Shown here in pieces: positions 1 through 7,909 of a DNA stretch of 24,000 nucleotides; the stretch's first letter is position 1; each line of letters starts with the position of its first letter. This DNA comes from Paracoccus denitrificans (GTDB taxonomy: Bacteria; Pseudomonadota; Alphaproteobacteria; Rhodobacterales; Rhodobacteraceae), in contig NZ_FNEA01000001.1 of NCBI RefSeq assembly GCF_900100045.1, positions 82,089 through 106,088 of the forward strand. The letters are read 5' to 3'. Made by a program: the position numbers and the translations under genes. A model generated the notes under the pieces. That model searched no databases. It was not told where the DNA came from and saw nothing but the letters and a program-made list of their open reading frames with translations.

Positions 1-1159
1 GGTTCACGTCGAAGCCGATCGTCGTGGTGTTTTCCATTCCGCCGGGCGTGGTACTGATGGTGGCGTCGGTGCGGTTGCCGACCTGCTCCAGATCGTGGTT
101 GATCGCGATGTAGAACTGGCGCAGCACATCGCCCGTATCCGGTCGATAGAGGTAATCCTCGACATTGCGCCAATTGCGGTCGCTGGCCAGGTAATAGCTG
201 TTGCTGCGGATCGTCACGTTGTCGGCCGGCGTCCATTCGGCCCGCAACTGCGTATAGCTGTCCTTGTAGCGGACCAGGGCGTCCTCGACGTTGAAGTTCC
301 GGCGGCGCACGCGCTCGTCGATCCGGCCATCGACAAGCGGCGTTCCGAAATAGGTGCCGGGCCGGTTGTCGCCATGGTCATGCGACAGGGTCAGCGCCAG
401 GTCCTCGGTCGCCTGCCAGCGCAGCGCTGCCGACAGCGAGCGGCTGGACGTGTCGTTGCGATCCAGCCAGCCGTCCGACGCGGTGCCGCTGACATCGATG
501 CTGTAGGCCAGGACCTCGTTGATCGGCCCGGCGCTGCCCAAGGCCAGCCCGCGCTGGCCGTCCGTGCCAAGCGTCGCACGGATCTCGTTCCGGCTGCGGT
601 CGGTCAGGGGCCGTTTCGGGACGATATTGATTGCGCCGCCGACGGCGCCTTCGCCATACAGCACCGAGGCGGGACCGTTCAGGACCTCGATGCGCTCCAC
701 GTTCCAGCTGTCGAAGGGAAAGGAGATGGTGCCCGACGCGGGATAAAGCCGCGTGCCGTCGTAAAGCCGCGTCACCGACCCGTGCCCGTTGAAGCCGCGC
801 ATGCTGAACGAGGTGCCGCCATTGCCGGGGGATCCGTGAAAGCTGATGCCGGTCCCGTTCTGGACGATGGCCTGGTTGACGTCGCGCTGCCCGCGCTGGC
901 GGATCGTTTCCGCCTCGATCACCTGCACGCTGGCCGGCGTCTGCAGCACGCTCAGCCCCAGGCGGCTGCCGGCGTTCGAGTGCGCCCGAAGGTCCAGGCC
1001 GGAGCCAAGGGACAGGCCCTTGACGGTGATCGGGTCCAGCATCACCTCGCCGGCGTTCCGGGTTGCGGCCTGCTGCGCAGAGGCGGGCAGGGCCGCCACG
1101 GCCAGCAAGACCGATAGAAGCGCCGTGCCGCGGCTGCGGCGGATGGCATGGCGGGACAG
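1..1159 (-). CDS. TonB-dependent outer-membrane receptor, N-terminal part (signal peptide, TonB box, plug, first barrel strands). The 3' end lies beyond position 1 and the start codon is uncertain.
   Basis: Absent from the ORF track because it is open at the window edge. My translation of the minus-strand frame (codon starts 1159, 1156 ... 4) reads SRHAIRRSRGTALLSVLLAVAALPASAQQ (signal peptide), GEVMLDPITVKG (TonB box), and LQTPASVQVIEAETIRQRG...SMRGF...RLYDGTRL...VERIEVLNGPASVLYGEGAVGGAINIVPKRP (plug). It stays open to position 2. An in-frame TGA sits at 1236..1234. No ATG occurs before 1042. Candidate starts are CTG 1159 (AGGA 4 nt upstream), ATT 1216, TTG 1108 and GTG 1099. Confidence 0.85.
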   Translation of the reverse strand, partial: MSRHAIRRSRGTALLSVLLAVAALPASAQQAATRNAGEVMLDPITVKGLSLGSGLDLRAHSNAGSRLGLSVLQTPASVQVIEAETIRQRGQRDVNQAIVQNGTGISFHGSPGNGGTSFSMRGFNGHGSVTRLYDGTRLYPASGTISFPFDSWNVERIEVLNGPASVLYGEGAVGGAINIVPKRPLTDRSRNEIRATLGTDGQRGLALGSAGPINEVLAYSIDVSGTASDGWLDRNDTSSRSLSAALRWQATEDLALTLSHDHGDNRPGTYFGTPLVDGRIDERVRRRNFNVEDALVRYKDSYTQLRAEWTPADNVTIRSNSYYLASDRNWRNVEDYLYRPDTGDVLRQFYIAINHDLEQVGNRTDATISTTPGGMENTTTIGFDVN

Positions 1160-1334
1160 GCTGTCCTGCGCGTCGCGACGCGCGGACGGGGAGAATGGAT
1201 ATGATCGCGCACGAATGTGGCTCCAGCGACAATTTCACCGTCACCGCAAACGCGACATCCTGTTATCCGCTGACAGCGGACGGATGGCTACCCACCGGGG
1301 CACCCCGCCCGATGTGTTCACGCGTGACAACGGC

Positions 1335-1503
1335 TGACGGCAGGTCTCCTGGCTCGCGGGTCGTCGCCTGTCGCCGCCTTCCCGGGGTCGCACCCAGTGG
1401 CCGTTGGCAAAGGCTATCCGCCTACAGTTGCGGGGGCAGCCGCAGCATGGGACCGGCTGGTCCGCACTGCGTTCCCTTTTCATTCCGAAATCGGAAACCG
1501 TCA
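1335..1503 (-). promoter_or_regulatory. Cobalamin (B12) riboswitch aptamer in the 5' leader of the TonB-dependent receptor
   Basis: The minus strand reads TGACGG...AAAAGGGAACGCAGTGCGGACCAGCCGGTCCCATGCTGCGGCTGCCCCCGCAACTGTAGGCGG...GCCACTGGGTGCGACCCCGGGAAGGCGG...GAGCCAGGAGACCTGCCGTCA. It contains the GGGAA, GCCCCCGCAACTGT, GCCACTG and GGGAAGGCGG blocks and the B12 box AGCCAGGAGACCTGCC (1354..1339). A P1 helix can form between TGACGG (1503..1498) and CCGTCA (1340..1335). Confidence 0.85.
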
Positions 1504-1666
1504 CCCGACCGTGTAGTGACGCGATTCCGGCGCGTCAACTCCGTTGGCGGGCCGGTCTCGACGACGGAGGGCCGGCGTTGCCCGATCACCTCTCCGGCCG
1601 GGCCGATTCAGGCTTGCCGGCGACAGCGTCCAGGGCAAGATGGGCCGGCGATGAGCGGAGACCACC

Positions 1667-2182
1667 ATGCGCCCATTTCCCTGCCTGCTTGTCCTGGTGC
1701 TGATCCTTGCGGCAAGCGTCGCGCTGGCCGATTGCAGGACCGAGACGCTGATTTCCTGCGACATCGGCGATGGCAGGCATCTCGAGGTCTGCATCGAGCC
1801 CGGGGATTTTCAGGGCGAGGGGGCCTTCACCTATGCTTTCGGCCCCAAGGGCCGGCCCGAGCTGACCCTGCGCGAGCCGTTCGCTGCCGGAACCGCCAGC
1901 CCCTGGAGCGGCGTCGGCAGGGCGATCTGGGAAAGCGTGGCCTTTCGCAACGACGGCCATGTCTACGAGGCATGGCACAGCGTCGACCGGCTTGACGAGG
2001 ACATGCCGCTGGAAGCCGGCGTCACCATCCTGCGCGGCGAGGCGTTCCTGGCCGCACTGTCCTGCAAAAGCGGACCTGCGACCGTGATCGCGCCCCTGTT
2101 CACCATCCAGGACGCGATGGCGGCCGCGGGCTTTTGCCGCGATCTGAACCGCCATGAATGGCGGCGCGGCAGCTGCGGCTGA
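1667..2182 (+). CDS. Hypothetical secreted protein (171 aa, 6 Cys), function unknown
   Basis: ORF with GGAGA 5-6 nt upstream of the ATG. N-terminal signal peptide MRPFPCLLVLVLILAASVALA|DC. Composition looks like real coding sequence, unlike the Arg/Pro-rich antisense ORF 1586..2419. I recognise no family. Confidence 0.6.
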   Translation: MRPFPCLLVLVLILAASVALADCRTETLISCDIGDGRHLEVCIEPGDFQGEGAFTYAFGPKGRPELTLREPFAAGTASPWSGVGRAIWESVAFRNDGHVYEAWHSVDRLDEDMPLEAGVTILRGEAFLAALSCKSGPATVIAPLFTIQDAMAAAGFCRDLNRHEWRRGSCG

Positions 2183-2324
2183 ACGGCTCCGATCCCCGGT
2201 CGCCGCTTGCCGGACGCGGCGTCCGCTCCGGGCGGAGATGATCGGCGCCGCGCGGTCGGGCAACATCGACGGCGCGCGCGCCCATCGGCCAGGCGCCCTT
2301 GCGGGTCGCCGCCACGGAGATGTC

Positions 2325-4157
2325 ATGGAGAAAAGGACCGAGTTCCACATCTGGTATTGGATCCTGGCCTTCCTGGCCGTGATCCTGATCCAGGACCTGG
2401 TGTCCGGCGCGCGCGACATCGCGCCGATCAGCTACAGCCAGTTCGAAACCTATCTGCAACAGGGCCGCATCTCGTCCGTGGCGGTGGGCGGCGACCGGAT
2501 CACCGGCAGCTTCAGCACCCCGGTCGATGGCCGCAACCAGTTCGTCACCACGCTGGTCGATCCGGCGATCCTGGAGCGCATCGACCAGGCCGGGGTCGAG
2601 ATCAGCGGCGTGCCGCAGAACACCTGGCTCGGCACGCTGCTGTCCTGGGTGGTGCCGGTGGTGCTGTTCCTGGCGCTGTGGATGTTCGTGTTCCGCAAGT
2701 TCGCCGAGCGTCAGGGCCTGGGCGGCTTCATGCAGGTCGGCAAGAGCCGGGCCAAGGTCTATATGGAAAAGGAAACCGGCGTGACCTTTGCCGACGTGGC
2801 CGGCGTGGACGAGGCCAAGGCCGAGCTCCAGGAGATCATTGCCTTCCTGCGCGACCCCGAGGGCTATGGCCGCCTTGGCGCGCGCATCCCCAAGGGGGTG
2901 CTGCTGGTCGGCCCGCCCGGCACCGGCAAGACTCTGCTGGCGCGGGCCGTGGCGGGCGAGGCGGGGGTGACCTTCCTGTCGATCTCGGGCTCGGAATTCG
3001 TCGAGCTGTTCGTCGGCGTCGGCGCCGCCCGGGTGCGCGACCTGTTCGAGCAGGCCCGCAAGAGCGCGCCGGCCATCATCTTCATCGACGAACTCGATGC
3101 GCTTGGCCGCGCCCGCAACTCGGGCCAGTTCACCGGCGGCAACGACGAGCGCGAGCAGACGCTGAACCAGTTGCTGTCCGAGCTGGACGGCTTCGACCCC
3201 TCGTCGGGCGTCGTGCTGTTGGCCGCGACCAACCGGCCCGAGATCCTGGACCCCGCGCTGCTGCGTGCCGGCCGCTTCGACCGGCAGGTGCTGGTGGACA
3301 AGCCCGACAAAAAGGGCCGCATCGACATCCTGCGCGTGCATATGAAAAAGGTGCGGCTGGCCCCGGATGTCGAGGTCGAGCAGGTCGCGGCGCTGACCCC
3401 GGGCTTTTCCGGCGCCGACCTGGCCAATCTGGTGAACGAGGCGGCGCTGCTGGCCACCCGGCGCAGTGCCGATTCCGTCGCCATGGCCGATTTCAACCAT
3501 GCGGTCGAGCGCATCCTTGCCGGGCTGGAAAAGCGCAACCGCCTGCTGAATCCGCGCGAACGCGAGATCGTCGCCTGCCACGAGATGGGCCATGCGCTGG
3601 TCGCCATGGCGCTGCCCGGCGTCGATGTGGTCCACAAGGTCTCGATCATCCCGCGCGGCATCGGCGCGCTCGGCTATACCATCCAGCGCCCGACCGAGGA
3701 TCGCTTCCTGATGACCCGCGACGAGCTGGAGAACAAGATCGCCGTGCTGCTGGGCGGGCGCGCGGCCGAGAGCATCGTCTTTGGCCATCTCTCGACCGGC
3801 GCGGCGGACGATCTGGTCAAGGCGACCGACATCGCCCGCGCCATGGTCACGCGCTATGGCATGGACCACGACCTGGGCCATGTCAGCTACGACAGCGAGC
3901 GCCCCGGCTTCCTGGGCGAGAACGAGCAGGGCTCTTGGCTGAGCCGGCGCTATTCCGAGGCGACGGCGCAAAGGATCGACGCGGCGGTCAAGCAGATCGC
4001 CGGCGACATCTTCGCCCGCACCGTGGCGCTGCTGGAGGCCAATCGCGAACTGCTGGAGCAATCCTCGCGCGAATTGCTGGAGCGCGAGACGCTGGAGGAT
4101 GCCGAGCTGCGCGCCTTTGCGGCAAGGGTGCGGCCGCCGTCCCCGGCCGCCGCCTGA
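2325..4157 (+). CDS. ftsH: FtsH-family ATP-dependent zinc metalloprotease (membrane-anchored AAA+ protease), 610 aa
   Basis: Walker A GPPGTGKT, Walker B IIFIDELD, second region of homology [21 protein letters not shown], Zn site HEMGHAL. Two TM segments: [14 protein letters not shown] and [20 protein letters not shown] moved the start from the track's 2154 to ATG 2325, which follows GGAGA (2316-2320). The 57 upstream codons are Arg/Ala-rich and overlap the preceding gene. Confidence 0.9.
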   Translation: MEKRTEFHIWYWILAFLAVILIQDLVSGARDIAPISYSQFETYLQQGRISSVAVGGDRITGSFSTPVDGRNQFVTTLVDPAILERIDQAGVEISGVPQNTWLGTLLSWVVPVVLFLALWMFVFRKFAERQGLGGFMQVGKSRAKVYMEKETGVTFADVAGVDEAKAELQEIIAFLRDPEGYGRLGARIPKGVLLVGPPGTGKTLLARAVAGEAGVTFLSISGSEFVELFVGVGAARVRDLFEQARKSAPAIIFIDELDALGRARNSGQFTGGNDEREQTLNQLLSELDGFDPSSGVVLLAATNRPEILDPALLRAGRFDRQVLVDKPDKKGRIDILRVHMKKVRLAPDVEVEQVAALTPGFSGADLANLVNEAALLATRRSADSVAMADFNHAVERILAGLEKRNRLLNPREREIVACHEMGHALVAMALPGVDVVHKVSIIPRGIGALGYTIQRPTEDRFLMTRDELENKIAVLLGGRAAESIVFGHLSTGAADDLVKATDIARAMVTRYGMDHDLGHVSYDSERPGFLGENEQGSWLSRRYSEATAQRIDAAVKQIAGDIFARTVALLEANRELLEQSSRELLERETLEDAELRAFAARVRPPSPAAA

Positions 4158-4171
4158 CGCGAAGGCGGCGG
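4147..4171. terminator. GC-rich hairpin between convergent ftsH and phosphohexomutase genes (candidate bidirectional terminator)
   Basis: Perfect 9-bp stem CCGCCGCCT (4147-4155) / AGGCGGCGG (4163-4171) with a 7-nt loop. The left arm includes the first base of the ftsH TGA (4155-4157). The right arm ends 1 nt before the minus-strand stop (4173-4175). Only a TT follows the stem, so there is no clear U-tract. Confidence 0.4.
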
Positions 4172-4172
4172 T

Positions 4173-5672
4173 TCAGGCGAGTTGGTTCGCCATCTCCCGC
4201 ACCCTTGCCAGCGCCCGGGCGTTCAGGGTCCGGGCGGTCTCCTCGGTTTCGGCCTCGGTGTAAAGCCGCAGTTCGGGCGCGTTGCCCGAGGGGCGCAGGT
4301 GGATGATCGCGCCATCCTCGAAGCTCATGCGCAGCCCGTCGGTCTGGTCGATCCGCCCCAGCCTGCCGGCCAGCGCGCCGAATTGCGCCTCGATCCGCGC
4401 CCGGCTCTCTGCCTCGCTGCCCGAGGTCAGCCATGCCAGGATTGCCTGCGCGTCCCGGGTCGGGAAATCCTTGAGCCGGTCGCTGAAGGTCGCCCGTTGC
4501 GGCAGGTCGGCGCAAAGCTCGGCCAGCGGCCGCGCCTTGGCCGCCGCCAGCACCGCGACCACCGGCAGGACCGCATCGCGCGTCGGCAGGGCCGAGAGGC
4601 GCCGGCCGTCCCGCACGATCTCGCTGCCCAGCAGAAAGCCGCCATTTGCCTCATAGCCGCAGACGGGGCCGAGGGTCTCGCACGCCGCCTCGTCCATGGC
4701 GGCGATGACATGGGGCGAGCCGATGCGGGTGCGGATGGTGCGGGCGAATGCGCCGCTCAGCTCCAGCGCGGTATTGCTGCTGACCGGGGTGACGACGCAT
4801 TTCGCGCCCAGTTCGCGGGCGCAGATCAGCCCCAGGATGTCGCCGCGCAGCCACTCGCCCCGGTGATCGGCCAGAAGCGGACGGTCGGAATCGCCGTCGG
4901 TCGAGACGATGGCGTCCAACCGGTGCTCGGCCGCCCAGCCGCGCGCCAGTTCGATGTCCTCGGGCCGCAGCGCCTCGGTATCGACGGGGATGAAGCGGTC
5001 CGAGCGGCCAAGCGGCAGCACCTCGGCGCCAAGCGCGCGCAGGATGCGGGCGATGAGGTCGCGGCCGACGGCGGAATGCTGGTAAAGGCCTAGCACCAGC
5101 CCCGAAAGCGCGTCCTTGCCGAAGAAGTCCAGATAGCGGCGCAGGTAACCGTCCTGAATGTCTTGCGGCTCGGGCAGGGGGGCGGCATCGACCAGCCCGC
5201 CGTCGGGGCCGAAGCGGGCGGGGTCCAGCGCCAGCGCCTGCCGGGCCATGCCGGCTTCGTCGGATTTCAGGATCTCGCCCCCGGGGCGGTGGAACTTGAT
5301 GCCGTTGCGGTCATTGGGAATATGGCTGCCCGTGACCATCAGCGAGGGGATGGCCCGGCCAAAGGCGTAATGCGCCAGCGCGGGCGTGGGCACATGGCCG
5401 CAGAATACCGGCTGCCCGCCCGTGTCGCGGATCGCCTGGGCGCAGGCCCGCAGGATGCGCGGGGTCGAAGGGCGCAGGTCGCCCGCCAGCGCCACCGCGG
5501 TCCCCGGGGCGAATTCGCCGATCTCGCGCAGGTAGTGCAGGAAGCCCTGGGTATAGCCATGGGCCACCCGGTCGGTCAGCGCGCTGACCAGCCCGCGCGC
5601 GCCGCTGGTGCCGAAGGCGACGCCGCTTTCCGCGATCAGGTCGCGGATGGTGAGGGTTCCTGTCTGGGTCAT
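4173..5672 (-). CDS. Phosphomannomutase/phosphoglucomutase (alpha-D-phosphohexomutase family), 499 aa
   Basis: Phosphoserine loop TGSHIPNDRNGIKF and metal loop STDGDSDRP, with family-like sequence throughout (AFGTSGARG...GYEANGG...RPSGNAPELRLY). Start set at ATG 5672 (MTQTGTLTIRDL). The 84 upstream codons of track ORF 4173..5924 look non-coding. Confidence 0.85.
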   Translation of the reverse strand: MTQTGTLTIRDLIAESGVAFGTSGARGLVSALTDRVAHGYTQGFLHYLREIGEFAPGTAVALAGDLRPSTPRILRACAQAIRDTGGQPVFCGHVPTPALAHYAFGRAIPSLMVTGSHIPNDRNGIKFHRPGGEILKSDEAGMARQALALDPARFGPDGGLVDAAPLPEPQDIQDGYLRRYLDFFGKDALSGLVLGLYQHSAVGRDLIARILRALGAEVLPLGRSDRFIPVDTEALRPEDIELARGWAAEHRLDAIVSTDGDSDRPLLADHRGEWLRGDILGLICARELGAKCVVTPVSSNTALELSGAFARTIRTRIGSPHVIAAMDEAACETLGPVCGYEANGGFLLGSEIVRDGRRLSALPTRDAVLPVVAVLAAAKARPLAELCADLPQRATFSDRLKDFPTRDAQAILAWLTSGSEAESRARIEAQFGALAGRLGRIDQTDGLRMSFEDGAIIHLRPSGNAPELRLYTEAETEETARTLNARALARVREMANQLA

Positions 5673-5841
5673 GCTGGACGCTCGCTGTTTGGAAAGACGA
5701 TCATGCAGGCGAGGCGGGCGGTTCGTCCAGTGCCGCCGGCCGGGTTCCGCGCCTTCACCGTTCTCCAAATACTCGAAAGCTTGCGCCGGGCCGATGCTCG
5801 CGGCGCTGGCAAGCCGCTGAAAGCGGTGGCAGAATGCGCCG

Positions 5842-7113
5842 ATGCACCAGGACCAGGTTCTCAGTCGTCTTGCCGTGTCGCTGGCCATCGGCCTGCTGGT
5901 CGGGCTCGAGCGCGGCTGGCGCACCCGGGACGAACGCGAGCACCAGCGCGCCGCGGGGCTGCGGACCTTTGCGCTGGCAGGGTTGACCGGCGGGGCGACC
6001 GGCGTCCTGGCGCTGGATTACGGCGGCGTGGTGATCGGCATCGTGTTCTGCGGCTTTGCGCTGGTCTTTGCCGCCTTCCAATGGCTGGAATCGCGGCTGG
6101 ACCGGGATGTCAGCGCCACCTCGGCGGTGGCGGGGATGCTGGTCTTTCTGCTGGGGGCGCTGGCCGTCACCGGGCCGCTGGTTCCCGCCGTTGCCGCCGC
6201 CGTGGCGATGACGCTGCTCTTGGCAGGGCGCGAGCATCTGCACCGCTGGGTCGCCGCGCTGAGCTGGGCCGAGATCCGGGCGATCCTGACGCTGGCGGCG
6301 ATGTCCTTCCTGCTGCTGCCGGTCATCCCCGATCGCAGCATCGATCCCTGGGACGCGGTCAACCTGCGCGAGATCTGGCTGCTGGCGATCCTGATCGCGG
6401 GGATTTCCTTTGTCGGCTATGTCGCGGTCCGGGTGTTCGGCGATCGACTGGGGATCGTGGTGATGGCGGCCGCCGGGGGGCTGGCATCCTCGACCGCGAC
6501 CACGCTGGCCTTCGCCCGGCTGGGCAAGGCCGAGCCCGGCGCGGCCCGGCTGCTGGCCGCAGGCATCCTGATTTCCGGCGTCGTCATGCTGGTCCGCGTG
6601 GGCGTCGTCACCGTGGGGCTGAACCGTGCGCTGCTGGGGCATCTGGCCCTGCCGCTGGCGGCGGCGGCGGTGGTGATGGCCGGTGGTGCGGCGGCCATCC
6701 TGCTGCGTCGGCGTCAGGCGCAGGCCGGCCCGGTCCTGCCGATCAACAATCCGCTGGCGGTGGGTACGGCGCTGAAGATCGCCGGCTTCATCGCCGCCGT
6801 GCTGCTGGCGGCCGAGATCCTGCGCCGGCAATATGGCGATGTCGGTGTGCTGATCATCGCCGCGATCTCGGGCATTGCCGATGTGGATGCGGTGTCGATC
6901 TCGATGGCGCGGCTGGGCGGCGGCGACCTGGCCGTTCCCGTGGCGGCGCAGGCGATCCTGATCGCGGTGGCGGTGAACACCGTCTCCAAGGCGGTGCTGG
7001 CCGGCCTGGTCGGCGGACGGCGGATCGGGATCACCGTCGCCGGGCTCAGCGCGCTGGCACTCGCCGCCGGGCTGGCGGCGGTCTGGGCGCAGGTGGCCTG
7101 GACGGGGGCGTGA
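5842..7113 (+). CDS. MgtC/SapB-type N-terminal domain plus DUF4010-type polytopic membrane protein, 423 aa
   Basis: N terminus LAVSLAIGLLVGLERGW...AGLRTFAL is typical of this family. About 10 hydrophobic segments follow. Family naming is from memory. Confidence 0.8.
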   Translation: MHQDQVLSRLAVSLAIGLLVGLERGWRTRDEREHQRAAGLRTFALAGLTGGATGVLALDYGGVVIGIVFCGFALVFAAFQWLESRLDRDVSATSAVAGMLVFLLGALAVTGPLVPAVAAAVAMTLLLAGREHLHRWVAALSWAEIRAILTLAAMSFLLLPVIPDRSIDPWDAVNLREIWLLAILIAGISFVGYVAVRVFGDRLGIVVMAAAGGLASSTATTLAFARLGKAEPGAARLLAAGILISGVVMLVRVGVVTVGLNRALLGHLALPLAAAAVVMAGGAAAILLRRRQAQAGPVLPINNPLAVGTALKIAGFIAAVLLAAEILRRQYGDVGVLIIAAISGIADVDAVSISMARLGGGDLAVPVAAQAILIAVAVNTVSKAVLAGLVGGRRIGITVAGLSALALAAGLAAVWAQVAWTGA

Positions 7114-7147
7114 GGCCGTGGCGGGAGCGCCTGCCGCGCGGAAACGC

Positions 7148-7909
7148 CTAGGCCGGCTCGTTCTCGCGCCGCAGCGCCGGCAGGCCGACGCCGGTGGCGT
7201 CGAAGCCTCCATCCACCGCCAGCGTCTGGCCCGAGACGAAGCTGGCCTTGTCCGAGCACAGGAACACGATGGCCTCGGCGATCTCGCGCGCCTCGCCATA
7301 GCGGTTCAGCGGGATGGCGTCGTAATAGGCCGAGATGATCTCGGGCGCATGCACCGCCATGGCCAGCTTGGTCCTGACCGGGCCGGGGGCGACGCAATTG
7401 ACGCGGATGCCCTGTTCGCCCAGTTCGGCGGCGAATTGCTTGGTCAGGTGGATCACCGCCGCCTTCGAGGTGCCATAGGCCACTCGCAGGGTCGAGGCGC
7501 GCAGCCCCGAGATCGAGGCGATGTTGACGATGGCGCCGCCGGTTTTCGCCAGTTCCGGCGCCGTGGCCTGGGTGCACAGGAACACGCCGTCCAGGTTCGT
7601 CGCCATCACCTCGCGCCATTCCTCGAAACTGGTGCGCCCGGCATGCGAGAACAGCGCCACGCCGGCATTGTTCACCAGCGCATCGATGCGGCCGAGGCCG
7701 GCGACGGTCTCGGCCACCATGCGCTCGACCTGGTCGGGGTCCGAAACGTCGGCCTCGACCGCCAGCACGTTTTCCATGCCGTCCGCGACCCGGTGCAGTT
7801 CCCGGGTGTCGCGGTCGACCATGGCGACGCGCCAGCCCTGTTCCAGGAATATCTCGGTGGCGGCCAGGCCGATGCCGCGGCAGCCCCCGGTGACGATGGC
7901 GGTTTTCAT
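7148..7909 (-). CDS. Short-chain dehydrogenase/reductase (classical SDR, 3-hydroxyacyl-CoA / 3-oxoacyl reductase-like), 253 aa
   Basis: MKTAIVTGGCRGIGLA (TGxxxGxG), NNAG, and catalytic S...YGTSK (YxxxK). ATG 7909..7907 overlaps the upstream TGA 7908..7906 (ATGA). The remainder of track ORF 7148..8596 is an upstream read-through artefact. Confidence 0.9.
   Translation of the reverse strand: MKTAIVTGGCRGIGLAATEIFLEQGWRVAMVDRDTRELHRVADGMENVLAVEADVSDPDQVERMVAETVAGLGRIDALVNNAGVALFSHAGRTSFEEWREVMATNLDGVFLCTQATAPELAKTGGAIVNIASISGLRASTLRVAYGTSKAAVIHLTKQFAAELGEQGIRVNCVAPGPVRTKLAMAVHAPEIISAYYDAIPLNRYGEAREIAEAIVFLCSDKASFVSGQTLAVDGGFDATGVGLPALRRENEPA

Noticed and set aside
95-1244. ORFs 95..1117 (+) and 378..1244 (-, starts with an ATG) over the TonB-receptor region
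   Set aside because: Only the third minus-strand frame, which is not in the track because it is open at the edge, gives signal peptide, TonB box and plug motifs. The listed ORFs are Arg/Pro/Gly-rich nonsense frames.
1241-1504. ORF 1241..1504 (-, 87 aa) in the receptor leader
   Set aside because: It coincides with the cobalamin riboswitch, whose conserved RNA blocks explain the sequence. The peptide shows no coding features.
2100-4306. Very long ORFs overlapping ftsH: 2100..4061 (-, 653 aa) and 2207..4306 (+, 699 aa)
   Set aside because: Their translations are Arg/Ala/Gly/Pro-rich low-complexity sequence with no motifs. They are the antisense and +1 frames of a gene whose identity (FtsH) is unambiguous. 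Long stop-free alternative frames are expected at this GC content.
7114-7147. Possible terminator between the convergent MgtC-type gene and the SDR gene
   Set aside because: I could find only 4-bp GC stems (GGCG/CGCC), with no convincing hairpin or U-tract.
5163-7299. ORFs 5163..7151 (+, 662 aa) and 5755..7299 (-, 514 aa) overlapping the phosphohexomutase and MgtC/DUF4010 genes
   Set aside because: Same high-GC artefact, with compositions dominated by R, G, A, P, D and Q. The membrane protein in frame 5842..7113 and the mutase in 4173..5672 explain the coding signal.
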